From the NCBI GenBank assembly GCA_017614315.1, contig JAGACA010000013.1:5597-69596 (forward strand): a stretch of 64,000 nucleotides of DNA, read 5' to 3'. The position numbers were made by a program, and so were the translations under genes. The DNA comes from Clostridia bacterium (lineage in GTDB: Bacteria; Bacillota; Clostridia; Christensenellales; CAG-138). The notes under the pieces were generated by a model. That model made no database searches, was not told the DNA's origin, and saw only the letters and a program-made list of their open reading frames with translations. Shown here piece by piece: positions 18,051 through 28,098 of this stretch; position 1 is the first letter of the stretch; the number at the start of each line of letters is the position of its first letter.

Positions 18051-18145
18051 TTTATTACCTCCGAAAAGGAACTCGTTTTTGCTTTTGCCGGGCTGCGCCC
18101 GGATACTAATATAACGCGCGGGAACGAAAAAGGTTCCATATATTA

Positions 18146-19027
18146 TTATCCGCGCGCGGCGAGCCTTAAGATCTCCCCCGGCAGAGGCGCCGAGAGCGAT
18201 ACCGTCTCCCCCGTCATGGGATGCGTGAAAACGAGCCTTGAAGAGTGGAGCGCGGGCCGGTCGATGCGCGGATCCTCCTCGCCGTAGAGCCAGTCGCCGA
18301 CGATGGGGTGACCGATCGCCGCCATGTGCACGCGGAGCTGATGCATGCGTCCCGTCCTCGGCACGAGCCTGACGAGGGTATTCTCCCCGAAGACCTCGAC
18401 CGCCTCGTATTCCGTGACGGACGGACGCCCGTCCTCCCTGACCTCCATCTTATAGTGCGAGCCCTCGGGATGCGCGAGCGGGAGCTCGACCGCGCCCTTA
18501 TCTTTATCGAAGCGCCCCTTTATGAGGGCGAGGTATTCCTTATAAAAACGCTCGGTGTGCAGAATGCGGATCATGCGCTCGTGCACATATCCGGACTTCG
18601 CGGCGGTCATGAGCCCGCTGGTGCCGCGGTCGAGGCGGCTTACCGTATGCACGAACTCGTCCTCCTTAAAATGCGCGGTCAGCGCATTTTCGACCGATCC
18701 GCCGACGCCCGCCCTTTCGGGATGCACGGTCATGCCGGCGGGCTTGTTGACGACGGCGAGCCATTCGTCCTCAAAAACTATGTCGAGGGGCGCCTCCATC
18801 GGCTCGAGCCTCTTCGTGTCCGGTGGGTCGCTTATCAGCGCGGTCACGGTATCGCCGGGAGCGCATACCGCGGTGACATAGCACGGGGCGCCGTTTAAGA
18901 GTATGCCGCCTTCGCGCCGTTTAAGCCTTGCCGTGTGCGAATGCGACATATAAAAGATCTCGTTAAGGATGTGTTTTACCGTCATGCGGGAAGCGTCCTG
19001 CGGGACGGTGTAGGTCAGTGGCCTCAT
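18146..19027 (-). CDS. RluA family RNA pseudouridine synthase
   Basis: VNKPAG, SRLDRGTSG (catalytic Asp), TGRMHQLRVH and GHPIVGD..YG. Confidence 0.95.
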   Translation of the reverse strand: MRPLTYTVPQDASRMTVKHILNEIFYMSHSHTARLKRREGGILLNGAPCYVTAVCAPGDTVTALISDPPDTKRLEPMEAPLDIVFEDEWLAVVNKPAGMTVHPERAGVGGSVENALTAHFKEDEFVHTVSRLDRGTSGLMTAAKSGYVHERMIRILHTERFYKEYLALIKGRFDKDKGAVELPLAHPEGSHYKMEVREDGRPSVTEYEAVEVFGENTLVRLVPRTGRMHQLRVHMAAIGHPIVGDWLYGEEDPRIDRPALHSSRLVFTHPMTGETVSLSAPLPGEILRLAARG

Positions 19028-19031
19028 AAGC

Positions 19032-19856
19032 CTATACGCACTTTTTCCTCAATATCTCTTCGGTCTTTATAAGCTCGTCCGTATCGCGCCAGGCGCAGCC
19101 GAGCTGCGCCTCGGGACGGTGCGGACCGTGGAAGTCGCTGCCGCAGGTGGGACGGAGCGAGAACTCCTCCGCGAGCGACAGGAAGAACGCGGTCTCCTCG
19201 GGGGTCGAGGTCGAGTAATAAGCCTCCACGCCCCAGAGCCCGTGATCGGTCATGTCCTTAATGAGCGCGCGGTGATCGCAGCGCATCTTCATGGGATGCG
19301 CGAGCACCGGATACCCGCCCGCGTCGAGTATCGCCTCGAGCACCTCGGGCATGGCTGGATACTCCTGACGGACGTCGAAGGGGCGTCCCTTGCGAAGGTA
19401 TTTGTCGAACGCCTCCGCCGCGGTCTCGCAGTAGCCCGCCGCGACCATGGCGAGGGCGATATTCGATTTGTTTATGAGCCCGTTCGTCGGGGCGATGTGG
19501 CCGTACACGCTGAAGCCGCCGTCCGCAAGCTTTTTAAGGAGCTTTTCGTTCCTCTCGGCGCGGCGAACGGCATGAAGGCCGATCAGCCCTTTGAGCTTTT
19601 CGCCCTCGGGATCGACGCCGAGGCCGAGCACGTGGAGCTGCGAGGTGAAATCGGCCTCGAGCTCCGTCCCGATAAGGAGCGGTATCCCGAGCCTCTCGGC
19701 CGCTTCCCGCGCACGCGGTATCCCCGCGAGGCTGTCATGGTCGGTAAGGCCTATGAGCGTGAGCCCCGCGGATGCGGCTTCCTCTATTAATTTCTCGGGC
19801 GGGAAAGCCCCGTCCGAGAAATTCGAATGCGTATGCGTATCGTACATTTTATTCAA
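19032..19856 (-). CDS. PHP domain phosphoesterase
   Basis: DTHTHSNFSDG, LTDHD, LAHP and GSDFHG motifs. Confidence 0.92.
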   Translation of the reverse strand: MNKMYDTHTHSNFSDGAFPPEKLIEEAASAGLTLIGLTDHDSLAGIPRAREAAERLGIPLLIGTELEADFTSQLHVLGLGVDPEGEKLKGLIGLHAVRRAERNEKLLKKLADGGFSVYGHIAPTNGLINKSNIALAMVAAGYCETAAEAFDKYLRKGRPFDVRQEYPAMPEVLEAILDAGGYPVLAHPMKMRCDHRALIKDMTDHGLWGVEAYYSTSTPEETAFFLSLAEEFSLRPTCGSDFHGPHRPEAQLGCAWRDTDELIKTEEILRKKCV

Positions 19857-21990
19857 GGCCGTTTTTCTTGACCTCGTCCTTGTCCTCTTCGATGTGCTTC
19901 TGCTTCGGGGTCTCGATAGTCTCGGGTTCGGGAGCGGGTGCCTCGGGCTTGACGTCTTCGGTCTCCGGCTTGTTCTCGCTCGACGGCTTGCCGTCGGTGG
20001 GCTTATCCTCCCAGTCCGCCTCGCCGTTCACAAGCTTCTCGAACTCTGTGCCGGTCAGGTGCTCCTTCTTGATGAGCGCGTCGATGATGACGGTCATCAC
20101 GTCGGCGTTCTCCTCGATTATGCTCTTCGCCCTCGCGCAGGCGTTCTCCATAATGCGCCTGACCTCGCGGTCGATATCCGCGGCGACGGCCTCGGAGTAG
20201 TTGGGCTGATGCCCCCACTCGCGGCCGATGAATACCTCCTCGTCGCCGGCGAGGAACACCGGACCGATGTTCTCGCTCATGCCGAACTCGGTGACCATGC
20301 GCTTCGCGATCTCGGTCGCGCGCTTTAAGTCGTTCTGCGCGCCGGCGGAGATGTCGTCGAGGCGCACCGCCTCGGCCATGCGTCCGCCCATCGCCATGGT
20401 GATGGTGTCGAGCATCTTGCCGCGGGTGATGTGCTTGTGATCGTCGTCGGGTATGAAATTGGTATAGCCCGCGGCGCGTCCGCGCTGTATGACGGAAAGC
20501 TCGTCTATGCGCTCCGCCCTGTTGAGCTTATAGCCGACTATCGCATGGCCGACCTCGTGCGTGGCGGTGATGAACCTGTCCTCCGCCGAGACGATGCGGC
20601 TCTTCTTTTCGGGACCCCACTCGACGCGCTTCATCGCCTCGGAGATGAGGTTCGTGTCTATCTTTTTGAGCTTGCGGCGGGTCGCGAGTATCGCCGCCTC
20701 GTTGAGCACGTTTTCAAGATCCGCGCCGGTGAAGCCCGGTGTGAGCTTCGCGATCCTCTCGAGGTCGACGTCGTCCGCCATGGGCTTTTTCTTCGCGTAC
20801 AGCTTGAGTATCGCCTCGCGGCCCTTCACGTCGGGATAATCGACCGTGATGGTGCGGTCGAACCTGCCCGGCCTCTGGAGAGCGGGATCGAGTACGTCCG
20901 GCCTGTTGGTCGCGGCGATGACGATAACGCCCTCGTTGCCGTCGAAGCCGTCCATCTCGACGAGGAGCTGGTTGAGCGTCTGCTCCTTCTCGTCGTGACC
21001 GCCGCCGAGACCCGCGCCGCGCTGACGGCCGACCGCGTCGATCTCGTCGATGAATACGAGCGCGGGAGCAAGACGCTTCGCGGTCTGGAACAGGTCGCGC
21101 ACGCGGCTCGCGCCGACGCCGACGAACATCTCGACGAAATCGGAACCCGATATCGACAGGAAGGGCACGTTGGCCTCGCCCGCGACCGCCCTTGCGAGCA
21201 GCGTCTTACCGGTGCCGGGAGGGCCTATGAGCAGCACGCCCTTGGGGATCCTTGCGCCCATCGCGGTGAACGCGGCGGGATCCTTAAGGAAATCGACGAG
21301 CTCTTTTATCTCTTCCTTTTCCTCGTCGCAGCCCTGAACGTCATCGAAGGTCTTTTTGTCCTTGCCGTCGGCGAGCCTCGCGCGGGATCTGCCGAAGTTC
21401 ATCGCCTGACGGTTGTCGCGGCCGGAGGCTCTGACGATTATGAGCATCGTCACAATGAGCACGACGCCGAGTATGAGATACGGGAGGAGCATTAAGAACC
21501 ACGACACCTCCGCCACCTTGATAAGGTAAGTGAAGCCGTAGTCGTTGATGGTGACGGTATCGGGATCCACGCCCTTCGCCTCGGCGACGATCCTCGTGAT
21601 CTCGTTCTGGACGTTGGCCGCGGAGGAGACAGTAACGTGGAAGTCGCTGGTCTTGCCCTTCTTGAAGCTTTCGAGCCTGGTGCTCGCGTCGCGCGCGGTG
21701 AGCTCCGTGCCGGTTATCACCTCGTAATGTTCGGGCGTGAAAAGACCGTAAAGCTCGGTATCGGTGACGCGCACGGCGGCGACGCAGTTGTTCTGAACTC
21801 CGCCGTCGGAGGCGACCTTGGTGCTCTGCTTAAGAAGCGTGGAAAATTCGCCGTAGGTGTATTCGATGGGCTTGGGCTTCAGCGCAGACTGCCCCGCGAT
21901 GATGAGGAACACGAGCAGAGCGCCTATAACCAGATAGATTATCAGTGTTCTGTATTTCTTCAAAAGCTTTCCTTCCTGTCCGCGCCTCAT
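19849..21990 (-). CDS. ftsH: ATP-dependent zinc metalloprotease FtsH
   Basis: Two TM segments, [28 protein letters not shown] and HEVGH; start codon uncertain. Confidence 0.97.
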   Translation of the reverse strand: MRRGQEGKLLKKYRTLIIYLVIGALLVFLIIAGQSALKPKPIEYTYGEFSTLLKQSTKVASDGGVQNNCVAAVRVTDTELYGLFTPEHYEVITGTELTARDASTRLESFKKGKTSDFHVTVSSAANVQNEITRIVAEAKGVDPDTVTINDYGFTYLIKVAEVSWFLMLLPYLILGVVLIVTMLIIVRASGRDNRQAMNFGRSRARLADGKDKKTFDDVQGCDEEKEEIKELVDFLKDPAAFTAMGARIPKGVLLIGPPGTGKTLLARAVAGEANVPFLSISGSDFVEMFVGVGASRVRDLFQTAKRLAPALVFIDEIDAVGRQRGAGLGGGHDEKEQTLNQLLVEMDGFDGNEGVIVIAATNRPDVLDPALQRPGRFDRTITVDYPDVKGREAILKLYAKKKPMADDVDLERIAKLTPGFTGADLENVLNEAAILATRRKLKKIDTNLISEAMKRVEWGPEKKSRIVSAEDRFITATHEVGHAIVGYKLNRAERIDELSVIQRGRAAGYTNFIPDDDHKHITRGKMLDTITMAMGGRMAEAVRLDDISAGAQNDLKRATEIAKRMVTEFGMSENIGPVFLAGDEEVFIGREWGHQPNYSEAVAADIDREVRRIMENACARAKSIIEENADVMTVIIDALIKKEHLTGTEFEKLVNGEADWEDKPTDGKPSSENKPETEDVKPEAPAPEPETIETPKQKHIEEDKDEVKKNGLE

Positions 21991-22151
21991 GCGCAGACTT
22001 CCATTCTATATTATTACCACGCTATACTACCATAAAACATCGGAATGTTCAAACCCCAAAAGGTAAAATTTTTGTAAATATTTTGGATTTTGTCGAACAA
22101 AACAAGAAAGCCGCGCCTATGGCGCGGCAGTATGTGCCGTCCGTTATTGTA

Positions 22152-22526
22152 TCATTTTCTTTCGCCGCCGCGTTCTTTTATGTGCTTTTTGACCGCTTCG
22201 AACGTCTCGTCGCTCAAATAATGTTCTATCCTGCACGCGTCCTCCGCCGCGGTCTTTTCGCCTACGCCGAGGCTGACGAGCACCTCGGTCAGTATCGTGT
22301 GCCTTTCGTAGATCGAGTTCGCGATATCGAGCCCCGCCTTCGTGAGCGTTATCGCGCCGGAGGAGTCGACGTCGATCAGCTTCCTCGTGCGGAGTATGTT
22401 CACGGCGCGCGAGACCGAGGGCTTCGAATACCCCATACGCTCCGCCACGTCTACTGAACGGACGGTCTCCTTCTCGCCCGAAAGTATCAGTATGTTTTCG
22501 AGATACATCTCGCCGGATTCCTTCAT
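22152..22526 (-). CDS. DtxR/MntR family metal-dependent transcriptional regulator
   Basis: ESGEMYLE, SKPSVSRAV, IYERH and DACRIEH; divergent from feo. Confidence 0.93.
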   Translation of the reverse strand: MKESGEMYLENILILSGEKETVRSVDVAERMGYSKPSVSRAVNILRTRKLIDVDSSGAITLTKAGLDIANSIYERHTILTEVLVSLGVGEKTAAEDACRIEHYLSDETFEAVKKHIKERGGERK

Positions 22527-22616
22527 AACAAGCTCCCGTCAGCGTTCTTTTCTCATATAATATCATCCCCGGCGGCTTTCGGCAAGAAAAAAAACGGCTT
22601 TTTTACAAAAAAGGTG

Positions 22617-22704
22617 TTGACAAGTTAGCAAACGCTAACTATAATACAGATGGTTAGCGGAAGCTAACCGATCATTTGCCGGCAGGGTTAGCGTAGGCTA
22701 ACCC
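22617..22704 (+). promoter_or_regulatory. feo promoter with three DtxR-like operator boxes
   Basis: TTGACA(22617)-17 nt-TATAAT(22640); GTTAGC-N4-GCTAAC palindromes at 22623-22640, 22652-22669 and 22685-22704. Confidence 0.85.
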
Positions 22705-22741
22705 CGCCGCGGCCGGGCATTGGCCGGCGAAAGGAGGAATC

Positions 22742-22954
22742 ATGATGCCTTTGATCTTCGCGGAAGCGGGCAAGGTGAACATCATAAAAAAGATCGGCGG
22801 ATCTCCCGAGGTAAAGCAGCACCTTGAGGACATGGGATTCAACGTAGGCGGGCAAGTCAGCGTCATAAGCACGCTCGGCGGGAACGTGATCGTCCGCGTT
22901 AAGGACGCGCGCGTCGCGCTCGACTCCGGGCTCGCCGCCAAAATAATGATTTGA
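22742..22954 (+). CDS. feoA: ferrous iron transport protein A
   Basis: HLEDMGF..G..V.V...GN.IV.VK..R.AL; RBS AAGGAGG. Confidence 0.9.
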   Translation: MMPLIFAEAGKVNIIKKIGGSPEVKQHLEDMGFNVGGQVSVISTLGGNVIVRVKDARVALDSGLAAKIMI

Positions 22955-22974
22955 ATCGTAAGGAGGATCATCGT

Positions 22975-23196
22975 ATGACTTTAAGAGACGTTCCGGTGGG
23001 CGGCACTGCGACCGTCGTGAAGCTTCACGGCGAGGGCGCGGTAAGGCGCCGCATAATGGACATGGGGATCACGAAGGGCGTCAAGGTATTCGTCCGCAAG
23101 GTGGCTCCGCTCGGCGATCCCGTCGAGGTCAACGTCAGGGGCTATGAGCTTTCGATAAGGAAGGCCGACGCGGAGATGGTGGAGGTGACCGTATGA
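22975..23196 (+). CDS. feoA: ferrous iron transport protein A (second copy)
   Basis: RRIMDMGIT.G, APLGDP and RGYELSIRK; RBS AAGGAGG. Confidence 0.93.
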   Translation: MTLRDVPVGGTATVVKLHGEGAVRRRIMDMGITKGVKVFVRKVAPLGDPVEVNVRGYELSIRKADAEMVEVTV

Positions 23197-25697
23197 GCGG
23201 GATCCGCATAGCCCTCGCGGGCAACCCGAACAGCGGCAAAACGACGCTGTTCAACGCGCTGACCGGCTCGAACCAGTTCGTCGGGAACTGGCCGGGCGTC
23301 ACCGTCGAAAAGAAGGAAGGCAAGCTGAAAAAGCAGGACGGCGTAACGCTGACCGACCTTCCCGGCATCTATTCGCTTTCGCCCTACACCCCCGAGGAGG
23401 TCGTGGTGAGGAATTACCTTTTGAGCGAGCGTCCCGACGCGATACTGAACATCGTCGACGGCACGAACCTCGAAAGGAACCTCTACCTCACTACCCAGCT
23501 TACGGAGCTCGGCATCCCCGTGGTGGTCGCGGTGAACATGATCGACGTCGTAAAGAAAAACGGCGACTCGATCGACATTTCCGAGCTCTCGCGTCAGCTC
23601 GGCTGCAGGGTGGTCGAGATCTCCGCCCTTAAGGGCACGGGCGTCGCGGAGGCGGCGGACGCCGCGGTAGAGGCCGCGAGATCCGGAAAGACGGTGCCGC
23701 TCCACACCTTCTCCGGCCCCGTGGAGCACGCGCTCGCCCACATCGAGGAAGCGGCGGTGCACTCCATGCCCGAGGAGCAGCAGCGCTGGTATGCGATAAA
23801 GGTATTCGAGCGCGACGGCAAGGTGCTCGAGGAGCTGAATATCGAAAAGAGCGTCCTGGAGCATATCGAGAACGATATCGCCGCCGCCGAGAAGGAGCTC
23901 GACGACGATGCGGAATCCATAATCACCAACGAGCGCTATATTTGCATAGGATCTGTCATAAAGGCCTGTTACAGGAAGAAGAACAAGGGCAGCCTGACCG
24001 TTTCGGACAAGATCGACAAGATCGTCACCAATCGCTGGCTGGGACTTCCGATATTCGCGCTCGTGATGTTCCTCGTCTACTTCATAGCCATGGCGCCCAA
24101 CGCGCCGGGCACGAAGGCGACCGACTGGATGAACGACGGCGTGTTCGGCGACGGCTGGTTCCTCCTCGGCATAGGAAGAAGGGCGTACGACTCCGACGCG
24201 GGCGACTATGAGGACGCGATGAACGCCATAGGCGCGTATTACGACCTCGATACCGAAGCGGAAGACTTCGATCCCGCTTCCGCCCTTAAAGAGATAAACG
24301 CCGTCGTCCCGGAAACGCCCTCCGCCGTCATAGAGGTCGAGGACGACGAAACGCTCGAGATCAGCGAAAAGACGGTCTGGTTCGACGCCGTTCCCGAAGG
24401 CGCGGACGAGGAGACCACGGTCGGCATGAGCTATAAGGACGCCGCCGCGTATTTCGGCGAAAAGGGCTTCGACGAGCCCGATCCCGCGGACTACGGCCCG
24501 TGGGTGCGCTCCATACCCGACGTCGTCGAGGGCTGGCTCGATAAGGCGAACGCCGCCGAATGGCTCAAGGGGCTGATCCTCGACGGCATCATCGCGGGCG
24601 TCGGAGCCGTGCTCGGCTTCGTTCCCCAAATGCTCGTACTGTTCCTGCTCCTCGCGTTCCTCGAGGCCTGCGGTTATATGGCGAGGATAGCGTTCGTACT
24701 GGACCGCATTTTCAGAAGGTTCGGGCTTTCCGGCAAGTCGTTCATACCCATGCTCGTCGGTACGGGCTGCGGCATACCCGGCATCATGGCCTCGCGCACC
24801 ATTGAAAACGAGCGCGACCGCCGCATGACGATAATGACGACGACCTTCATCCCCTGCGGCGCGAAGCTGCCGTTCATAAGCATGGTCGCAGGCGCCATAT
24901 TCGGCGGGAGCCCGTGGATCGCGGTATCCGCGTACTTCCTCGGCATGGCGGCGATAATCGCTTCCGGCGTGATGCTGAAAAAGACGCGCATGTTCTCGGG
25001 CGAGCCCGCTCCGTTCGTAATGGAGCTGCCCGCATACCACTGGCCCACTCTCGGAAACGTCCTCCGTTCCATGTGGGAGCGCGGCTGGTCGTTCATAAAG
25101 AAGGCGGGGACCGTGATACTCCTTTCCACCATCGTAGTCTGGTTCCTTTCCTTCTTCGGCTGGGTGGACGGCGCTTTCGGGATGCTCGAGAATTCGGAGC
25201 TTGAATACTCCATACTCGCAAGGATCGGCAACGGCGTCGCGTGGATATTCAGGCCGCTCGGCTGGGGCACCTGGCAGGCGGCGGTCGCGTCCGTCACCGG
25301 CCTTGTCGCCAAGGAGAACATCGTCGGCACGATGGGCATACTCTACGGCGCGGGCGAGCTGACGGCGTGGCAGGCCATCGGCCGCGCGTTCAACGGCGTG
25401 ACGGGTTACAGCTTTCTCGCGTTCAACCTGCTCTGCGCTCCCTGCTTCGCGGCGATGGGCGCGATCAGGCGCGAGATGAACAGCGCGAAGTGGACATGGT
25501 TCGCGATAGGCTATCAGTGCCTGTTCGCCTACGCTGTTGCGCTGATGATCAATCAGTTCGGCGGTATCTTCACCGGGAACGTGAGCGTCGTCGGCCTGAT
25601 CGCCGCCACGCTCGTGCTGGGAGGCATGGTCTATATGCTCTTCATCAGGAAATACCGCGAGGCTACCACTCTTACGAAGAAGATAAGCGTGAAATGA
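23193..25697 (+). CDS. feoB: ferrous iron transporter B
   Basis: GNPNSGKTT, VGNWPGVTVE, DLPGIYSL, NLERNLYL, PCGAKLP and MELP.Y. Confidence 0.97.
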   Translation: MSGIRIALAGNPNSGKTTLFNALTGSNQFVGNWPGVTVEKKEGKLKKQDGVTLTDLPGIYSLSPYTPEEVVVRNYLLSERPDAILNIVDGTNLERNLYLTTQLTELGIPVVVAVNMIDVVKKNGDSIDISELSRQLGCRVVEISALKGTGVAEAADAAVEAARSGKTVPLHTFSGPVEHALAHIEEAAVHSMPEEQQRWYAIKVFERDGKVLEELNIEKSVLEHIENDIAAAEKELDDDAESIITNERYICIGSVIKACYRKKNKGSLTVSDKIDKIVTNRWLGLPIFALVMFLVYFIAMAPNAPGTKATDWMNDGVFGDGWFLLGIGRRAYDSDAGDYEDAMNAIGAYYDLDTEAEDFDPASALKEINAVVPETPSAVIEVEDDETLEISEKTVWFDAVPEGADEETTVGMSYKDAAAYFGEKGFDEPDPADYGPWVRSIPDVVEGWLDKANAAEWLKGLILDGIIAGVGAVLGFVPQMLVLFLLLAFLEACGYMARIAFVLDRIFRRFGLSGKSFIPMLVGTGCGIPGIMASRTIENERDRRMTIMTTTFIPCGAKLPFISMVAGAIFGGSPWIAVSAYFLGMAAIIASGVMLKKTRMFSGEPAPFVMELPAYHWPTLGNVLRSMWERGWSFIKKAGTVILLSTIVVWFLSFFGWVDGAFGMLENSELEYSILARIGNGVAWIFRPLGWGTWQAAVASVTGLVAKENIVGTMGILYGAGELTAWQAIGRAFNGVTGYSFLAFNLLCAPCFAAMGAIRREMNSAKWTWFAIGYQCLFAYAVALMINQFGGIFTGNVSVVGLIAATLVLGGMVYMLFIRKYREATTLTKKISVK

Positions 25698-25742
25698 CGG
25701 CTCATGGCGGGGAGGCTCCCCTCCCCGTGAAAGGAGGCAGCT

Positions 25743-25919
25743 ATGTTCGAATGGCTTAAAGCCAATCTTGCGACGGTGCTCATCTCCGCGGCTCTCGTCG
25801 CCGTAATAACGGCGATCATCGTCGGCATGGCGAAAAGGAAGAAGAAGGGCGGCGGCGGCTCCTGCGGCTGCGCCGAATGTCCCATGCGCGGCGCCTGTCA
25901 CGGGGGAAAGAAACAATAA
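25743..25919 (+). CDS. FeoB-associated Cys-rich small membrane protein (58 aa, not in the ORF track)
   Basis: RBS AAGGAGG; MFEWLKANLATVLISAALVAVITAIIVGMAKRKKKGGGGSCGCAECPMRGACH. Confidence 0.88.
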   Translation: MFEWLKANLATVLISAALVAVITAIIVGMAKRKKKGGGGSCGCAECPMRGACHGGKKQ

Positions 25920-25937
25920 GTGAAGAAGAAAGCGCGA

Positions 25938-25970
25938 GCGGCTCCGGCAGGAAACTGCCGGAGCCGCTTT
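25938..25970 (+). terminator. terminator-like hairpin after the feo operon
   Basis: AGCGGCTCCGGCAG-GAAA-CTGCCGGAGCCGCT followed by a short T run. Confidence 0.7.
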
Positions 25971-26030
25971 GCCGCCCTTGACATAATTTTAAATGAGTGA
26001 TAACATTTCGGCGTACCGGAGGAAAGTGAC

Positions 26031-27497
26031 ATGAAACGTGTTGTTTCGCTGTTTTTGTTTGTAATAATGCTCGCGGGCGCCGCGTCGTGCCTGCCAGCGG
26101 TCGATCCCGGCGCGCATGCCGGCACGCCCGCGCCGACCGAGACCACGACCGAAGAGCCGTCGTCCGCGCCGACGCCCGAGCCAACCGAGGCGCTCACCCC
26201 CGCTCCGACGCCCGAGCCCACGGAGGAGCTCACGGAGGGACCGACCGAAGAGCCCACCGAGGAGCCGACGGAGATCCCAACGCCCGCACCCACGCCGTAT
26301 TATACTCCCGTGATCACCGAGGAGCCAACGCCGACGCCGATGCCCACTCCCGTTGAGCCGACGCCGACCCCCGATCCCAACGCCTCGCTCAAGTTCTATC
26401 CCTCCGCGTCCCTTCCCCTGCCGAACGAAGCCGAGCTCATACCCTCAGGTCAGCCCTTCTGCTTCGGCGGCGTGGTAAAGTGCGAAAACCCGATCCTCTC
26501 CGTTACCGCTGTCATCACCGCCGATAGCGGCAATGTCAGGACGTACACCGTCGAATTCGACCAGTACGAGGGCGTGAGGAGCATAGAGCTCTTCGACCGC
26601 ACCTTCCCCAAAACTGGCGACAAGTCCCTTTCAGCGAAGTCGAAGATCGGCGAGCTGCCCGCCGGGCATTACACGTTCGAGCTTTACGCCTCCGCGATAG
26701 GCTGTCCCGAGGAGCTTCTTGCGAGCTCCGGCTTCACGATGACGGACAGCACGTGGAGGAGCCTCATAAGCAATAATTTAAGGAACAGCTACGCCTACGC
26801 TCTGAGCTTTTTCGGCTCGCGCGACGAGTTCATGTTCGAATACAAATGGCAGGCGCCGACCGGCCGCGACATCGATATAAAGGGCGGCAAGGACGCCTGG
26901 GATTCGGCGCACATGACGTACGTATCGAATCCCACCGGCGGCAGATGGCATGTCCACAAGAAGGCCGCCGCGGGCTTCAGCGCCGCGGTCGATTACATGA
27001 AGTTCACCTATATCCGTGTGCACGGCACTAACGGCGACAGCGGGATAATCAGGCTCGCCGACCTCATACAATCCTTCGACGGCACGTGGAACCCGCGCTT
27101 CGTCTCCGACCGCAGCTTCGTCAGCCATCACGCCTTCGGCGCGGCGATCGACCTGAACGCCTCTATGGACGCGAACGGGAACAGCCTGTCGAACCGCAGC
27201 CTCATAAAGAGCGAGGTGCGCGACCACCTCGCCTATAACGGGATAATGGAATATAACGGCGTGTACTATTACGACTTCACCTACGATGGAAACCATTCTT
27301 CGAAGTACAGGAGCGTGCCCACCACCGTTATCAACTACCTGCTCTATGAGCTCGCGTTCTACCGCGCGGGATTCAACTGGGGCTATTACTACGACCACAC
27401 CTGCGACGCGATGCACTTCGGGCTTTCCGAAATGACGTCGAACATACACAACACCTCGTCGAGATCCCTCCGCAAGGTGTATGATTATGTACAGTGA
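26031..27497 (+). CDS. lipoprotein with a Pro/Thr/Glu linker and an M15-family (D-Ala-D-Ala/L,D-type) metallopeptidase domain
   Basis: Lipobox-like AASC, a PTEE/PTP low-complexity linker, and Zn ligands in R...SHHAFGAAIDLN...DAMHF. Confidence 0.8.
   Translation: MKRVVSLFLFVIMLAGAASCLPAVDPGAHAGTPAPTETTTEEPSSAPTPEPTEALTPAPTPEPTEELTEGPTEEPTEEPTEIPTPAPTPYYTPVITEEPTPTPMPTPVEPTPTPDPNASLKFYPSASLPLPNEAELIPSGQPFCFGGVVKCENPILSVTAVITADSGNVRTYTVEFDQYEGVRSIELFDRTFPKTGDKSLSAKSKIGELPAGHYTFELYASAIGCPEELLASSGFTMTDSTWRSLISNNLRNSYAYALSFFGSRDEFMFEYKWQAPTGRDIDIKGGKDAWDSAHMTYVSNPTGGRWHVHKKAAAGFSAAVDYMKFTYIRVHGTNGDSGIIRLADLIQSFDGTWNPRFVSDRSFVSHHAFGAAIDLNASMDANGNSLSNRSLIKSEVRDHLAYNGIMEYNGVYYYDFTYDGNHSSKYRSVPTTVINYLLYELAFYRAGFNWGYYYDHTCDAMHFGLSEMTSNIHNTSSRSLRKVYDYVQ
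26121..26378 (+). repeat. coding low-complexity PTEE/APTP repeats
   Basis: Imperfect tandem CCGACG/GAGCCC-type units encoding the Pro-Thr-Glu linker. Confidence 0.8.
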
Positions 27498-27543
27498 GAA
27501 ACAGCATATAAACAGCGCTCCCGGTTCCCGGGGCGCTGTTATT

Positions 27544-28098
27544 TTACTCTCTTTCCGCCGCGGCGGTCAGGAGATCGCCGTTTTCCTTGAGCCATTTATT
27601 GTGTTTGCGGTATTCGGGGAAGACGCGGAGCACCTCGTTATAGAACGCCCGCGAATGATCCATCACCCTGCGGTGGCAGAGCTCGTGCACGACGACGCTG
27701 TCCACGACCTCGTCGGGAGCGAGCATTAAAAGACTGTTGAATGTGAGGTCACCCTTCGACGTACAGCTTCCCCAGCGGGTCTTCATACGGCGGATCGTGA
27801 TCCTGCCGAACGTTACGCCGACGAGCGGGGCGTAGTGCCTGGCGCGTTCGGGTATGACCTCCTCCGCGCGCTTTTTGAGCGCCGAAAGCTCCGCGTCGGT
27901 CAGCCGCCTTACGCCGGCCTTCGCCTTCTCGCGCTCGCGGGCCTTTTCAAGATGCTTCCCGATCCTGTCCGCGTTCTCGTCAAGGAACAAACGTATCTCC
28001 CTTTCGGAGGCGCGTCTCGGCGCGCGCACGATCAGCCTGCCGTCCTTTATCTGCGCCGCTATCGTCCTGCGGTCGGAGCGGATAAGCTCATATTCCAT
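27544..28098 (-). CDS. YgjP/DUF45 (SprT-like) zinc metalloprotein
   Basis: RWGSC, VVVHELCH (HExxH) and H...FY motifs. Confidence 0.9.
   Translation of the reverse strand: MEYELIRSDRRTIAAQIKDGRLIVRAPRRASEREIRLFLDENADRIGKHLEKAREREKAKAGVRRLTDAELSALKKRAEEVIPERARHYAPLVGVTFGRITIRRMKTRWGSCTSKGDLTFNSLLMLAPDEVVDSVVVHELCHRRVMDHSRAFYNEVLRVFPEYRKHNKWLKENGDLLTAAAERE

Noticed and set aside
23142-25916. 924-aa minus-strand ORF, and similar long antisense ORFs (2977-5070, 12690-14660, 35055-36842, 48579-50045, 50044-51888)
   Set aside because: These are shadow frames opposite well-supported genes, as expected from high GC3 codon bias; they have no recognisable motifs
27544-28098. YgjP-like gene as part of a type I restriction-modification or defence locus
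   Set aside because: There are no hsd genes nearby, and its composition matches the host backbone outside the islet
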